A stretch of 64,000 nucleotides of DNA from Thainema sp. (GTDB lineage Bacteria > Cyanobacteriota > Cyanobacteriia > Phormidesmidales > Phormidesmidaceae). Both the position numbers and the translations under genes were made by a program. The DNA lies in NCBI GenBank assembly GCA_052168235.1, contig JBQLZK010000002.1, forward strand, positions 96,001 through 160,000, in the 5' to 3' direction. The notes under the pieces are model-generated. The model made no database searches and had not been told where the DNA came from. It saw nothing but the letters and a program-made list of their open reading frames with translations. Shown here piece after piece: positions 43,123 through 51,965 of this stretch. How positions within the stretch are numbered: the first letter of the stretch is position 1; each line of letters opens with the position of its first letter.

Positions 43123-43244
43123 GAAATGACGCGGATTGAAACAGATCAGGGAATATTGGATTATAAGGCCAGCAAAGGAAAACAACTCTACCCGATAAGC
43201 TTTTCCTTCTGACCCCGCAGCGCTACAAGCGGAGATAGAGTCCT

Positions 43245-44873
43245 ATGTTTAATCCTTTAGATGCTCTGGGAGCTCTCGGTTTAAAAAACGTTGGTCAAGT
43301 TTACTACAACCTCTCGGTGCCACAACTAGTGGAACATGCGATCGCACATAAAGAAGCCAAACTGGCTGCCAATGGTGCCTTGTGTGTCAAAACCGGACAT
43401 TACACCGGGCGATCACCCCGCGATCGCTTTATTGTGGATGAACCCAGCATTCACGACCAAGTTGATTGGAATGCGGTAAACGTGCCCATTTCCAAAGCAG
43501 CTTTTAATCAGCTCTATCAGCAGATTCGCGCCTATGTTCAAGGGCGCGATTTGTATATGTTTGATGGTTTTGCCGGAGCTGATCCAGAATATCGGGTGGG
43601 AGTGCGGGTGATCAATGAGCTGGCGAGCCAAAATCTGTTTGTACATCAGATGTTCCTGCGCCCGACGCCCGAAGAGCTGAAGCTGCACCAGCCCGAAATT
43701 ACCGTGATTGCGATGCCTGGATTGCATGGTGATCCAGAGCTGACACCGGGAATCCGCAGCGAAGCGTTCATTGTGATGGACATCGAGCAGCGACTGGTGA
43801 TTATCGGTGGCTCCAAATACGCGGGAGAAATCAAGAAGTCCGTCTTTTCAATGATGAACTTCTTCTTGACCGAGCGGGGCGTCTTGCCGATGCACAGTTC
43901 CGCCAATGTGGATGACGAGGGCCATACGGCGCTATTTTTTGGTCTGTCGGGTACTGGGAAAACTACGCTTTCGGCTGACCCCAATCGGCGGCTGATTGGC
44001 GATGACGAACATGGTTGGTCGCCTAACGGCATCTTCAACTTTGAAGGGGGCTGCTACGCCAAAACGATTCGGCTCTCACCGGAAACCGAGCCGCAAATTT
44101 GGGATGCGATTCGGTTTGGGGCACTGATGGAAAATGTGGTGCTTGACCCACACACGCGCCAGCCGGATTACAACGACGGCAGCCTGACGGAAAATACCCG
44201 CGCAGCCTATCCGCTACACTACATTCCCAATGCGGTGATTCCCAGCGTCGGTCGCCATCCGAAGGTGATTATTTTCCTGACCGCAGATGCCTTTGGCGTG
44301 TTGCCACCGATTGCCAAACTGACCAAGCGGCAAGCCATGTATCATTTCATTTCCGGCTACACCAGCAAGCTGGCCGGAACGGAGCGGGGCATCACCGAGC
44401 CGCAAGCCGTCTTTTCGGCCTGCTTCGGCAAGCCGTTCATGCCGAGATCCCCGGCTGTCTATGCGCGGATGCTGGGCGATCGCATTTCAGAGCATAATGC
44501 CACGGTGTATTTAATTAATACGGGCTGGTCAGGTGGCGCTTACGGTGTGGGTCATCGGATTCCCCTGGCCTATACGCGGGCAATGGTGACAGCGGCGCTG
44601 ACGGGCGCACTGGATCACGTTCCCTGCCATCCTCATCCGATCTTTAGGGTGCTGATTCCAGAGCAGGTGCCAGGAGTGCCGACGCGATTGCTGAATCCGC
44701 ATCAAACTTGGGTAAGCGCCACCGCCTATGAGCAGCAAGCCCATGCGCTAGCGGAACAGTTTATCGACAACTTCAAGCAGTTTGAGGCAGACGCACCGGA
44801 GCTGATCGCCGCCCAGCCCGATCCAACGGGTCTATCGATGCTGGAACCTGCGATCGCAGTTCCCTTAACGTAA
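43245..44873 (+). CDS. pckA: Phosphoenolpyruvate carboxykinase (ATP)
   Basis: 'TGRSPRDRF', 'YAGEIKKS', 'FGLSGTGKTTLS', 'LIGDDEHGW', 'NFEGGCYAK', 'TENTRAAYP'. Confidence 0.97.
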   Translation: MFNPLDALGALGLKNVGQVYYNLSVPQLVEHAIAHKEAKLAANGALCVKTGHYTGRSPRDRFIVDEPSIHDQVDWNAVNVPISKAAFNQLYQQIRAYVQGRDLYMFDGFAGADPEYRVGVRVINELASQNLFVHQMFLRPTPEELKLHQPEITVIAMPGLHGDPELTPGIRSEAFIVMDIEQRLVIIGGSKYAGEIKKSVFSMMNFFLTERGVLPMHSSANVDDEGHTALFFGLSGTGKTTLSADPNRRLIGDDEHGWSPNGIFNFEGGCYAKTIRLSPETEPQIWDAIRFGALMENVVLDPHTRQPDYNDGSLTENTRAAYPLHYIPNAVIPSVGRHPKVIIFLTADAFGVLPPIAKLTKRQAMYHFISGYTSKLAGTERGITEPQAVFSACFGKPFMPRSPAVYARMLGDRISEHNATVYLINTGWSGGAYGVGHRIPLAYTRAMVTAALTGALDHVPCHPHPIFRVLIPEQVPGVPTRLLNPHQTWVSATAYEQQAHALAEQFIDNFKQFEADAPELIAAQPDPTGLSMLEPAIAVPLT

Positions 44874-44982
44874 GCACAATTGCTTATCGTTTTGTTGCGA
44901 TCGCGAACCCTATAGTCTAGTGGAGGTTCTAGCATAAAGATAGAAAGACTTAGCTCTACTCTCTACGAAGGAGGGCTGCATT

Positions 44983-45519
44983 ATGTCTATCAAATTCTTC
45001 CAAGTCGCGTTTGTGGCTTTGGCTGGTGCAAGTCTCGCTACACTTGCGTTTGCCATGACACCGCTGCGGGCCGAACCGCAGTGGGGCGGGATGCCAATGG
45101 GCAGACCGATGCACTCAGCCCAATCGCAAGGACATCACCGTGGCGGTGGCCCCGGATGGGGTGGTGGGCCTTGCTGTGATGACGCGGTGTTTGACTCAGC
45201 CGAACTGGAAACCTTGGAGGGCACAGCCCTTGAGGTTAACCAGTACAACGGTCATCAAGGCGTTTTTGTGCGGATGCAAACGGGACAAGGCCCGGTTGAG
45301 GTTCACTTGGGGCCAGCGTGGTATCTGGAGGATCAGGGGATTGAAGTCACGCCTGGCAGTGCGCTAACAGTAACGGGTTTCCGCAACCAGTTCAATAATC
45401 AGCCGATGGTGATGGCTACCGAACTCCAATCCGGCGATCAGGTTGTGCAACTGCGCGATGCCGATGGCTTCCCGGTCTGGATGGGACGGGGCTTTCGGCA
45501 TCACCCAAGGAGTTGGTAA
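44983..45519 (+). CDS. Hypothetical secreted protein (OB-fold-like)
   Basis: Signal peptide, Gly/His-rich linker, 'VHLGPAWYL', 'LRDADGFPVW'; GAGGAGG RBS. Confidence 0.75.
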   Translation: MSIKFFQVAFVALAGASLATLAFAMTPLRAEPQWGGMPMGRPMHSAQSQGHHRGGGPGWGGGPCCDDAVFDSAELETLEGTALEVNQYNGHQGVFVRMQTGQGPVEVHLGPAWYLEDQGIEVTPGSALTVTGFRNQFNNQPMVMATELQSGDQVVQLRDADGFPVWMGRGFRHHPRSW

Positions 45520-45631
45520 TCCTAACCCTGTAAACCGAGCTTCTGTGGTGGGCGCGAATACCCGAAACCAGAAACCCAGTTGCTGGCTCAGACGATCGCA
45601 CTAGAATAGGGTCAGATTCGCTCAAGACTTC

Positions 45632-46381
45632 ATGCTTCAGGTTCAGTTTCGCTTTTATGGCAGCCTCAATGACTTTCTCACGCCAGAGCGGCGGCAAGTG
45701 GAATTTGCCCACAGTCTGAACGAGCCGGGAGCCGTCAAAGACACCATTGAAGCTTTAGGTGTACCTCATCCGGAAGTGAATCTGATTTTAGTCAATCAGG
45801 TATCGGTTGGCTTTGGCTATAGTTTGCAGAACTGCGATCGCATTAGTGTTTATCCAGCGTTTCGGTCGTTAAACGTGTTGGAACTATCCCAGGTACAGCC
45901 ACCGCCACTGTATCCACTGCGGTTTGTGCTGGATGTGCATTTGGGCAAACTGGCGACCTATTTGCGACTGCTGGGGTTTGATACGCTCTATTGGAACGAT
46001 ATAGATGACAGCGAACTGGCGCAGATTTCTCAGCAGCATTCGCGCCTGTTACTCACGCAAGATCGCGGTTTACTGAAGCGCAGCATCGTTACCTATGGCT
46101 ATGCCGTGCGAGCCGAGCAGCCGGAGGCTCAGCTGATCGAAGTAATTGAGCGGTTTCAACTACAGTCTGCGGTGGCTCCCCTACAGCGGTGTCCGCGCTG
46201 CAACGGCGAGTTGAAGCCCGTCCCCAAAGCGGAGATTTACGACCAGTTGCCTGAGCGGACGCGGCAGCACTACGATGAGTTTGCCCAATGCCAGAACTGC
46301 CAGCAGGTGTACTGGAAAGGGAGTCACTACGCGCGCATTCAAGCGCTAATTGAGCGGGTGATAGGTAACAACGTCTGGTAG
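45632..46381 (+). CDS. Mut7-C ubiquitin-like / PIN RNase domain protein
   Basis: 'FRFYGSLNDFL', 'VKDTIEALGVPHPEV', 'FVLDVHLGKLA..LRLLGFDT', Zn ribbon 'RCPRCN...CQNCQQVYWKGSH'. Confidence 0.92.
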   Translation: MLQVQFRFYGSLNDFLTPERRQVEFAHSLNEPGAVKDTIEALGVPHPEVNLILVNQVSVGFGYSLQNCDRISVYPAFRSLNVLELSQVQPPPLYPLRFVLDVHLGKLATYLRLLGFDTLYWNDIDDSELAQISQQHSRLLLTQDRGLLKRSIVTYGYAVRAEQPEAQLIEVIERFQLQSAVAPLQRCPRCNGELKPVPKAEIYDQLPERTRQHYDEFAQCQNCQQVYWKGSHYARIQALIERVIGNNVW

Positions 46382-46391
46382 GGATTAGTCA

Positions 46392-46479
46392 TGTAGGTTG
46401 GGTTGAGCTTGCGAAACCCAACAATTGCAGTGAACAGACACGAGGGATCGTTGGGTTTCGTTCCTCAACCCAACCTACG
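46392..46479. repeat. REPIN-like inverted doublet of GTAG-type REP
   Basis: tgtaggttgggttgagcttgcgaaacccaaca...gttgggtttcgttcctcaacccaacctacg; related copy at 62770-63165. Confidence 0.85.
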
Positions 46480-46497
46480 AACTACAGCCCTTTACTG

Positions 46498-46524
46498 GTA
46501 AGGGCGAATGGCCATTCGCCCCTA
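46498..46524. repeat. Second REP-like hairpin
   Basis: gtaagggcgaatggccattcgccccta. Confidence 0.65.
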
Positions 46525-46531
46525 TATAATC

Positions 46532-47914
46532 TCATCTAATCTGGAGGCTGGGTTCTGCTGCATGAGACGGATCGCGCTTCATTAGCAACAGGTAGGTGGT
46601 CATTTCGCCTTTTCCCTTCACCGCGATCGCACCTCGTTTTTCCAGAAAGTACTTGTCTTTCAAACATTCGTAGGTTGCTTCGGTGACTTGAATGCGGTTG
46701 GCGATGCCGTGGGATTCCATGCGGCTGGCCAGATTGACCGTATCGCCCCACAGGTCGTAAATAAATTTCTTGATGCCGATCACGCCAGCTACGACTGGCC
46801 CGGTGGCGATGCCGATGCGGATGTGGAAATCCTGCCCGGTGCGCTGGTTGAACTCGTGCAGGGTGCGCTGCATGTCGAGTGCCATATCTGCGATCGCATC
46901 AGCATAGTCGTCGCGGGGAATGGGCAGTCCCGCCACCACCATGTAGGAGTCGCCAATGGTTTTAATTTTCTCCAGTCCGTGCAGGTCGGCTAGGCGGTCG
47001 AATTCCGAAAAGATTTGGTTGAGTAACTCCACCAGCTCAGGCGGCTCGATCCGCGAAGAGAGTTCGGTGAAGCCGACGATGTCGCCAAACAAAACGGCCA
47101 CGTCGCTAAAGCTGTCGGCGATGGTGCTGTTTTGTTGCTTCAGCCGTTCGGCAATCGGTCCGGGCAAAATGTTGAGCAGCAGGCGTTCGGAGCGTTCCTG
47201 CTCGACAGATAGCTGCTCGTAGGCGCTTTCGAGGGCGCGGCGCGAGTTAAAGTCTGAGCGCTGCAAGCGATCGTAGAGATATACCGATAAGTCGCAGGTG
47301 CCGCACAGCCAGAAGAAATAGAGAAACGTGACGGGTGCAGTCATCCATTCGGTCGGCATGATGACATCGAGCTTAAAAACAACGGTCAATACTGCACACA
47401 GCCCAAACAGTCCCAGTTGCGATGCCATGTGTAGTCGCCAGCGGACGGGGATGAGCGTGGCCTGACCGAGAAACATCAGCGGCCAGATCAGCAGAGACGG
47501 TTCCATGTTGCCTTCGACGATGCCAGCAGCTTGGGCATTGAGGTTAATCGACCAGGAGGTCAGCAGGAAAATCACTTCTGGATAGCGATAGCCAAATGGC
47601 GATCGCAGTAAGACATACCAGATGAGCAGGCACAATTCGCCGACGAGTTGGGTAATAAACCAACTGCCTAGAAATTCCTCTGGTTGAAACAGCCACTCGT
47701 AGAGTTCCAGCCCCATGAACGTGAGGAAGGAAAGAAAGGCGAGGACAAGTCCCAGGCGCAATCGCTTGTGCATGAAGTGCTGCCGCCACTCATCGTAGTT
47801 GGCTGCTCGACCAGCGGGGAGACTGCCAAACAGGAGATACTGCACCCGAGCGAAGAGTCTGGCGATTGGCGATCGCTGGGCTGGGGGAGGCTGGGTTGAG
47901 GGTTGTTGGCGCAC
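46532..47914 (-). CDS. Membrane-bound class III adenylate/guanylate cyclase
   Basis: Six TMs, 'SERLLLNILP', 'VLFGDIVGFT', 'EKIKTIGDSYM', 'YDLWGDTVNLASRMES'. Confidence 0.95.
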   Translation of the reverse strand: MRQQPSTQPPPAQRSPIARLFARVQYLLFGSLPAGRAANYDEWRQHFMHKRLRLGLVLAFLSFLTFMGLELYEWLFQPEEFLGSWFITQLVGELCLLIWYVLLRSPFGYRYPEVIFLLTSWSINLNAQAAGIVEGNMEPSLLIWPLMFLGQATLIPVRWRLHMASQLGLFGLCAVLTVVFKLDVIMPTEWMTAPVTFLYFFWLCGTCDLSVYLYDRLQRSDFNSRRALESAYEQLSVEQERSERLLLNILPGPIAERLKQQNSTIADSFSDVAVLFGDIVGFTELSSRIEPPELVELLNQIFSEFDRLADLHGLEKIKTIGDSYMVVAGLPIPRDDYADAIADMALDMQRTLHEFNQRTGQDFHIRIGIATGPVVAGVIGIKKFIYDLWGDTVNLASRMESHGIANRIQVTEATYECLKDKYFLEKRGAIAVKGKGEMTTYLLLMKRDPSHAAEPSLQIR

Positions 47915-48079
47915 GGCGTTAAAGAGTCTGGGAACTTTTAACTTAGTTGTACCCTTTCGGGATTGAGTTGTACCCCGAATTTGGTCGAAAAAGTAGTTCG
48001 CTGGCCTGTAGTCATACCATACGCACTTTGAGATCTGAGATCAGTTTGCGATCGCTGTTTGATAGCTACACCCAAACAG

Positions 48080-48835
48080 ATGATTGACCCTGATCAACCA
48101 ACACTCGATCCAACGTGCATTACCCAAACTGTTCTTACGCAACACCTTTGCAACACGTTACTGCAACACATTACTATGGCTAGCATTAGACGCTTCATCC
48201 AAGCCGTTCATCGCTATTACACAACTGGCGAGGTCGGCGATGTGGCTTTTCTCAAAATCAATCTGTTCAAAGCAGGAGTGAATCCGGCGATTCAAGACCA
48301 GCTTCAGAAGTTGGCCGGATACTATCCCAAAATCGACCTGGATCAGCTCAGCCAGCTACCGCCGGGAACGCTTGGCTACGAATACGCTCAGCATATGCGG
48401 AAAAATGGCATTCAGCCGTTGAACATTAGCCCCGACCTGCATGAAGCAGCCAACCGCAACCCGTTTGCGCTGCGCTATGTGGTGACGCACGATATGTTTC
48501 ACGTTCTGCTGGGATTTGACACGAGCTATGCCGGAGAAATTGGGGTCTATTCGTTTGTGGTGGCGCAGAACTACAGCAAATTGTTGAACCTGTTTCATCC
48601 CGTGGCCCAGGTACTTTATCCGGTAATTGAACCCCGGCGCATCAAGGAAACGCGCTCGTTTTTCCGGCTGGGAAAGGCGTTAGGTGAGCAGGCGCAGTGT
48701 CTATTAACCTATCGGTTTGAAGATAATTGGGAACGACCGATTGCGGATGTGCGATCTCAACTGGGTTTGGTCTTGACGACTCAACAGCCACCATCTGATG
48801 ACGCTTATCCAGCGACTCCAGCCGTCATCCACTGA
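48080..48835 (+). CDS. Coq4 family protein
   Basis: 'LPPGTLGYEYA', metal motif 'HDMFHVLLGFDTSYAGE'; start 48059 or 48080. Confidence 0.85.
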   Translation: MIDPDQPTLDPTCITQTVLTQHLCNTLLQHITMASIRRFIQAVHRYYTTGEVGDVAFLKINLFKAGVNPAIQDQLQKLAGYYPKIDLDQLSQLPPGTLGYEYAQHMRKNGIQPLNISPDLHEAANRNPFALRYVVTHDMFHVLLGFDTSYAGEIGVYSFVVAQNYSKLLNLFHPVAQVLYPVIEPRRIKETRSFFRLGKALGEQAQCLLTYRFEDNWERPIADVRSQLGLVLTTQQPPSDDAYPATPAVIH

Positions 48836-48892
48836 TGATTGCAGAAACGGCTGAAGCTTAAGTCTGCTCAAAATTCCTGCTCCCGCTCTGGG

Positions 48893-49056
48893 CTGCTACT
48901 TATACACATCTGAATGGTTCGTCTAAATCCTGGACTGATCCCCCTAAATCCCCCTTAAAAAGGGGGAACTTTGAGCCAATTCCCCCCTTTTTAAGGGGGG
49001 CTAGGGGGGATCTCAACGTCGAAACGAAGTCTAGAAGACTTATGTATAAACAGTAG
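48893..49056. mobile_element. MITE (about 164 bp), same family as the element at 62826-63118
   Basis: Imperfect TIRs ctgctacttataca/tgtataaacagtag; internal palindrome tccccctaaatccccctt...aaggggggctaggggggat; near-identical to the second copy. Confidence 0.85.
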
Positions 49057-49093
49057 CCCGCAGGAGAAGGGGAGCCGGAAAGTTAATTTTTCA

Positions 49094-49132
49094 AAGTCCC
49101 TCTCCTGTGGGAGAGGGATTTAGGGTGAGGGC
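49094..49132. repeat. Cyanobacterial short dispersed repeat (ccctctcc...ggagagggatttagggtgagggc type)
   Basis: aagtccctctcctgtgggagagggatttagggtgagggc directly after the stop of the 93-aa ORF. Confidence 0.6.
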
Positions 49133-49134
49133 AA

Positions 49135-49416
49135 TTAGTTCAAGTACTGCGTCAGAATGCTCATTTGATCATCGGGTTGCCTGGGTAAGAGTCGCGCTAC
49201 GTCTCCGGCACCGGGACAGGGAATCGGCTGGCTCCAGTCGTTGGCTTCGGCAAAGCCGCGTCGATGCAGGTTTTTGATCGTGATGATGATGTCGGAACGG
49301 GTGCCGAGCAGAATAATTCGCAGGGGATGGCGACCGTCGGGCTGGAAGCTGCTGGGGTTGGGCGCACTGGACTGTAGCGCTGCATCGGAGGCAGCACCGA
49401 GAATGAAATATGTCAT
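49135..49416 (-). CDS. Small hypothetical protein (93 aa), candidate antisense-controlled effector
   Basis: AGGAGAA RBS; 'PLRIILLG...TIKNLHRRGFAEANDWSQPIP...MSIL' resembles a recurring cyanobacterial hypothetical family (from memory, not searched). Confidence 0.8.
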   Translation of the reverse strand: MTYFILGAASDAALQSSAPNPSSFQPDGRHPLRIILLGTRSDIIITIKNLHRRGFAEANDWSQPIPCPGAGDVARLLPRQPDDQMSILTQYLN

Positions 49417-49522
49417 TGTGGTTCTCCTGTTTTTGACTTTTTGAGGAAAGCCAAAAACCTAGCCACCCCGCAAACGTGCAGCGCAATGCAGGGTGGCTTT
49501 GGAGAAGGTTATAATCCTCCAC

Positions 49523-49593
49523 AGCCTCCGCGTTGCCGAGTACAACCGGGGGTTAGCTATCCAGGGTTGGTCGCAACAACTCTGGGTAGCGTT
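49523..49593 (+). ncRNA. Predicted SymR-like cis-antisense RNA
   Basis: TATAAT at 49510-49515 then two hairpins (49523-49554, 49556-49590) whose G-U pairs form only on the + strand. Confidence 0.5.
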
Positions 49594-49652
49594 GACTAGA
49601 TTTTTGGTAGCAGTCGCCGCACGTGTTTAGGGCTACGACAACTTAACGTTTC

Positions 49653-49681
49653 ACAGTACGGTATCTGGCCTGTGGAGTCAA
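49653..49681 (-). promoter_or_regulatory. Sigma70-type promoter for the 93-aa ORF leader
   Basis: Minus strand TTGACT-N17-TACTGT. Confidence 0.55.
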
Positions 49682-49793
49682 TACAGGTTCACTGACAGAA
49701 TATAGAAATAGATGGGATTGTTGGGTTGAAGAATGAAGCTCATTTTAGAAGATTTGCGATTTATTTAGCATTCTAAAGCAAGAGTTTTAGGTT

Positions 49794-51509
49794 TCAATTC
49801 GCCGAAAGCTCTATATTGTCTAAAGCTACTTTATAAATCCTTTTTGCCCTCAAGGCATTCAAATCATTTTCTTTAGAAAGGTTGATAATGGCTTCGCGCA
49901 AAAAGCCAGAGAACTCTTCTCCTGCTTTAAGACCATGATTGATTATGAGATCCTTGTCAGGACCCTCTTCCATAAGCCACTGTTTCCATTGATCTAAAGT
50001 GCGAGTATTTAGATAATTTAAATCGTTTTCAGACCAGCTCTCATTTCTGATCATGCTGACTAGAATTTCATTAATACTCATATTCTGCTCAAAAGTAGCT
50101 ATCTTTTCTTCAAGATCAGGTACTAGACCAGCTAATTCGAAAATACCATTTTTTTCAACAATCAATCTTAAACTATATAAATCTTCTAGCTTGGAATAGC
50201 TTTCAATCCTATATCTTGCCCATTTCTCTGCATAGGAACTAATATCTAGATCGATTGTATCTGAAATATCTTTTAGATCTGTTATTTCTCGGAAATCGAG
50301 TAGAGAATAATAACTATCTAAGAATGCCTTTATATTGTCCTGGAGTTCTTTCTCGGCAGGTTTAAATGATTCTAGAAATGGTTTACAAGCCTCATGAAAT
50401 TTTTCTTGCATTTCATATCTATTTTCTCTATCATTTAACCTGACACCTTCCTCATGAAACTTTTTATAATCGCAAAACGATGTTTCAACTAAACGAATAA
50501 TTTCATTGCTAATGTGTGAGTCTGTGTATCCAAGAGAACAAGCCAACATGTAGAAATCTCTCTTCTTGTTATTATTTTCAGATAGAATTTCTGAGAAGTC
50601 TCCCAATGAAACCAAATAATCCAAGTTTATGACGAAATTGCTGTCCAACTTGGATAATGTTATGAAAATAATCTCATTAATTATTTTTTCTCTAACTCTG
50701 GGTAAGAAATCGGCAATGTGTGGCCTCAATTTTTCAAGATTCCATCTTAGCTTCTTAAAAATTCTAATATTCTTAACTTGAACAGTTTCTTGACTGAGGT
50801 AATTAAAAACGATCTCTTTATCCGGATCATTTTCGCCAAAGCCAATATTGAAGTTCTCTACCAGATTGGGATCTAGTTTAATCTCATAGTCAATCACTTT
50901 TTCTCTATAGTCTTTCAGAATGCTGGTAGATTCTGAATCCAAGGCGATTTTGCTTTCGTTGTAAATAAGAATAACCTTACATTCTTTTTCCTCTGATAGA
51001 TTTTCAATAAATCCTAATAGTTCCTCTAAAGGTAATTTTCTAGATCTTCTTTCAAGATCATCAATACAGATCAATTTCCTTTTAAGAAAATTACTAAGAA
51101 ACACATTGCTTGCCAATGAAATAGCTGCTGGCGCAAGTCCAACTCCGTGATCTCCAATTGGAAGTTCTTTAATCAGGCTTCCTATATCTTGCGAGTTATC
51201 TCTGATAGGTTTGAACCATTTCCGAAAGCGTAACTTATTGCTTTCACTGTCATTTGATTGTCCGACCGATCTGTAGTTGCTCCATAGTTGGATACGCAGT
51301 TCCTCAATAGTTGAGACTCCAAAAACAGAGGCGTAGTAGTACTGTTGATTATTGCTTGATAAGATACTTGTTATCAAATGTGTTTTGCCAATTCCCCAAT
51401 CTCCTTTGATGGCAAATACTTTAGCCTCGTTACCTTGCTCCAGAAATGCTTTAATAGCTTCTTCTGATTCTTTACGTTCTAGCCCAAAAGTATATTCGTT
51501 ATTTTTCAT
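49794..51509 (-). CDS. KAP-family P-loop NTPase
   Basis: Walker A 'AIKGDWGIGKT', Walker B 'ICIDDLER', 'YREKVID', 'KNIR..KK'; markedly AT-rich; no HIP1 seen. Confidence 0.82.
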   Translation of the reverse strand: MKNNEYTFGLERKESEEAIKAFLEQGNEAKVFAIKGDWGIGKTHLITSILSSNNQQYYYASVFGVSTIEELRIQLWSNYRSVGQSNDSESNKLRFRKWFKPIRDNSQDIGSLIKELPIGDHGVGLAPAAISLASNVFLSNFLKRKLICIDDLERRSRKLPLEELLGFIENLSEEKECKVILIYNESKIALDSESTSILKDYREKVIDYEIKLDPNLVENFNIGFGENDPDKEIVFNYLSQETVQVKNIRIFKKLRWNLEKLRPHIADFLPRVREKIINEIIFITLSKLDSNFVINLDYLVSLGDFSEILSENNNKKRDFYMLACSLGYTDSHISNEIIRLVETSFCDYKKFHEEGVRLNDRENRYEMQEKFHEACKPFLESFKPAEKELQDNIKAFLDSYYSLLDFREITDLKDISDTIDLDISSYAEKWARYRIESYSKLEDLYSLRLIVEKNGIFELAGLVPDLEEKIATFEQNMSINEILVSMIRNESWSENDLNYLNTRTLDQWKQWLMEEGPDKDLIINHGLKAGEEFSGFLREAIINLSKENDLNALRAKRIYKVALDNIELSAN

Positions 51510-51556
51510 AAATGTTTAAGCTTTAGCCCAACTTGCTCATCCCATCACTTATTATC

Positions 51557-51588
51557 GGTGCGTTTCGCTTCGCTCTACACACCCTACA
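51557..51588 (-). repeat. GTAG-type REP (copy 1)
   Basis: Minus strand tgtagggtgtgtagagcgaagcgaaacgcacc. Confidence 0.75.
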
Positions 51589-51596
51589 AATTCTGG

Positions 51597-51965
51597 TTAC
51601 AACACCTCGATTCTGACTACTCCACCCTCAACAGCATCTATCTGTAACCTGTATCCATAAAGCATTCCCATCCCAATTAAAGGCTCCGTTTCCGACTCGG
51701 CAACATCAACATCTCGATATTGCCCATCCCAAATAATTGTTGCCGCGTACAAATCAAATAGCGCCTCACTACCATCACCCAAAGTGACAATATCTGAGGC
51801 ATTCCAAGGCAAATTCAATGCTGTAATCATTGCCGATGGCAACGTGAGAAAACCATTGAACCCCGTATCAATCACCGCATTAATAAGCTGCCGTTGTCCA
51901 CTCGCATTACCAACCACCAGCGGCAAAATCGCTTCACAGCGTTGATTAACCGTACCTTGAATCAT
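51597..51965 (-). CDS. Clan AA (retropepsin-like) aspartic protease
   Basis: MIQGTVN...'AVIDTGFNGFLTLP'...'PLIGMGML'; start at ATG 51965 overlapping the upstream stop (ATGA). Confidence 0.88.
   Translation of the reverse strand: MIQGTVNQRCEAILPLVVGNASGQRQLINAVIDTGFNGFLTLPSAMITALNLPWNASDIVTLGDGSEALFDLYAATIIWDGQYRDVDVAESETEPLIGMGMLYGYRLQIDAVEGGVVRIEVL

Noticed and set aside
45632..46381. Mut7-C Ubl-RNase as a new toxin system
   Set aside because: A known widespread standalone family with host-like composition and no evident partner here.
49169..49522. 117-aa minus-strand ORF overlapping the 93-aa ORF
   Set aside because: Its GTG is only 2 nt from the GGAGG, it crosses structured RNA, and the protein is unrecognisable; at most a leader ORF.
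49645..49700. LexA box at the cassette promoter, by analogy with symE
   Set aside because: Only a half-site AGTAC is present; no match to RGTAC-N3-DGTWC.
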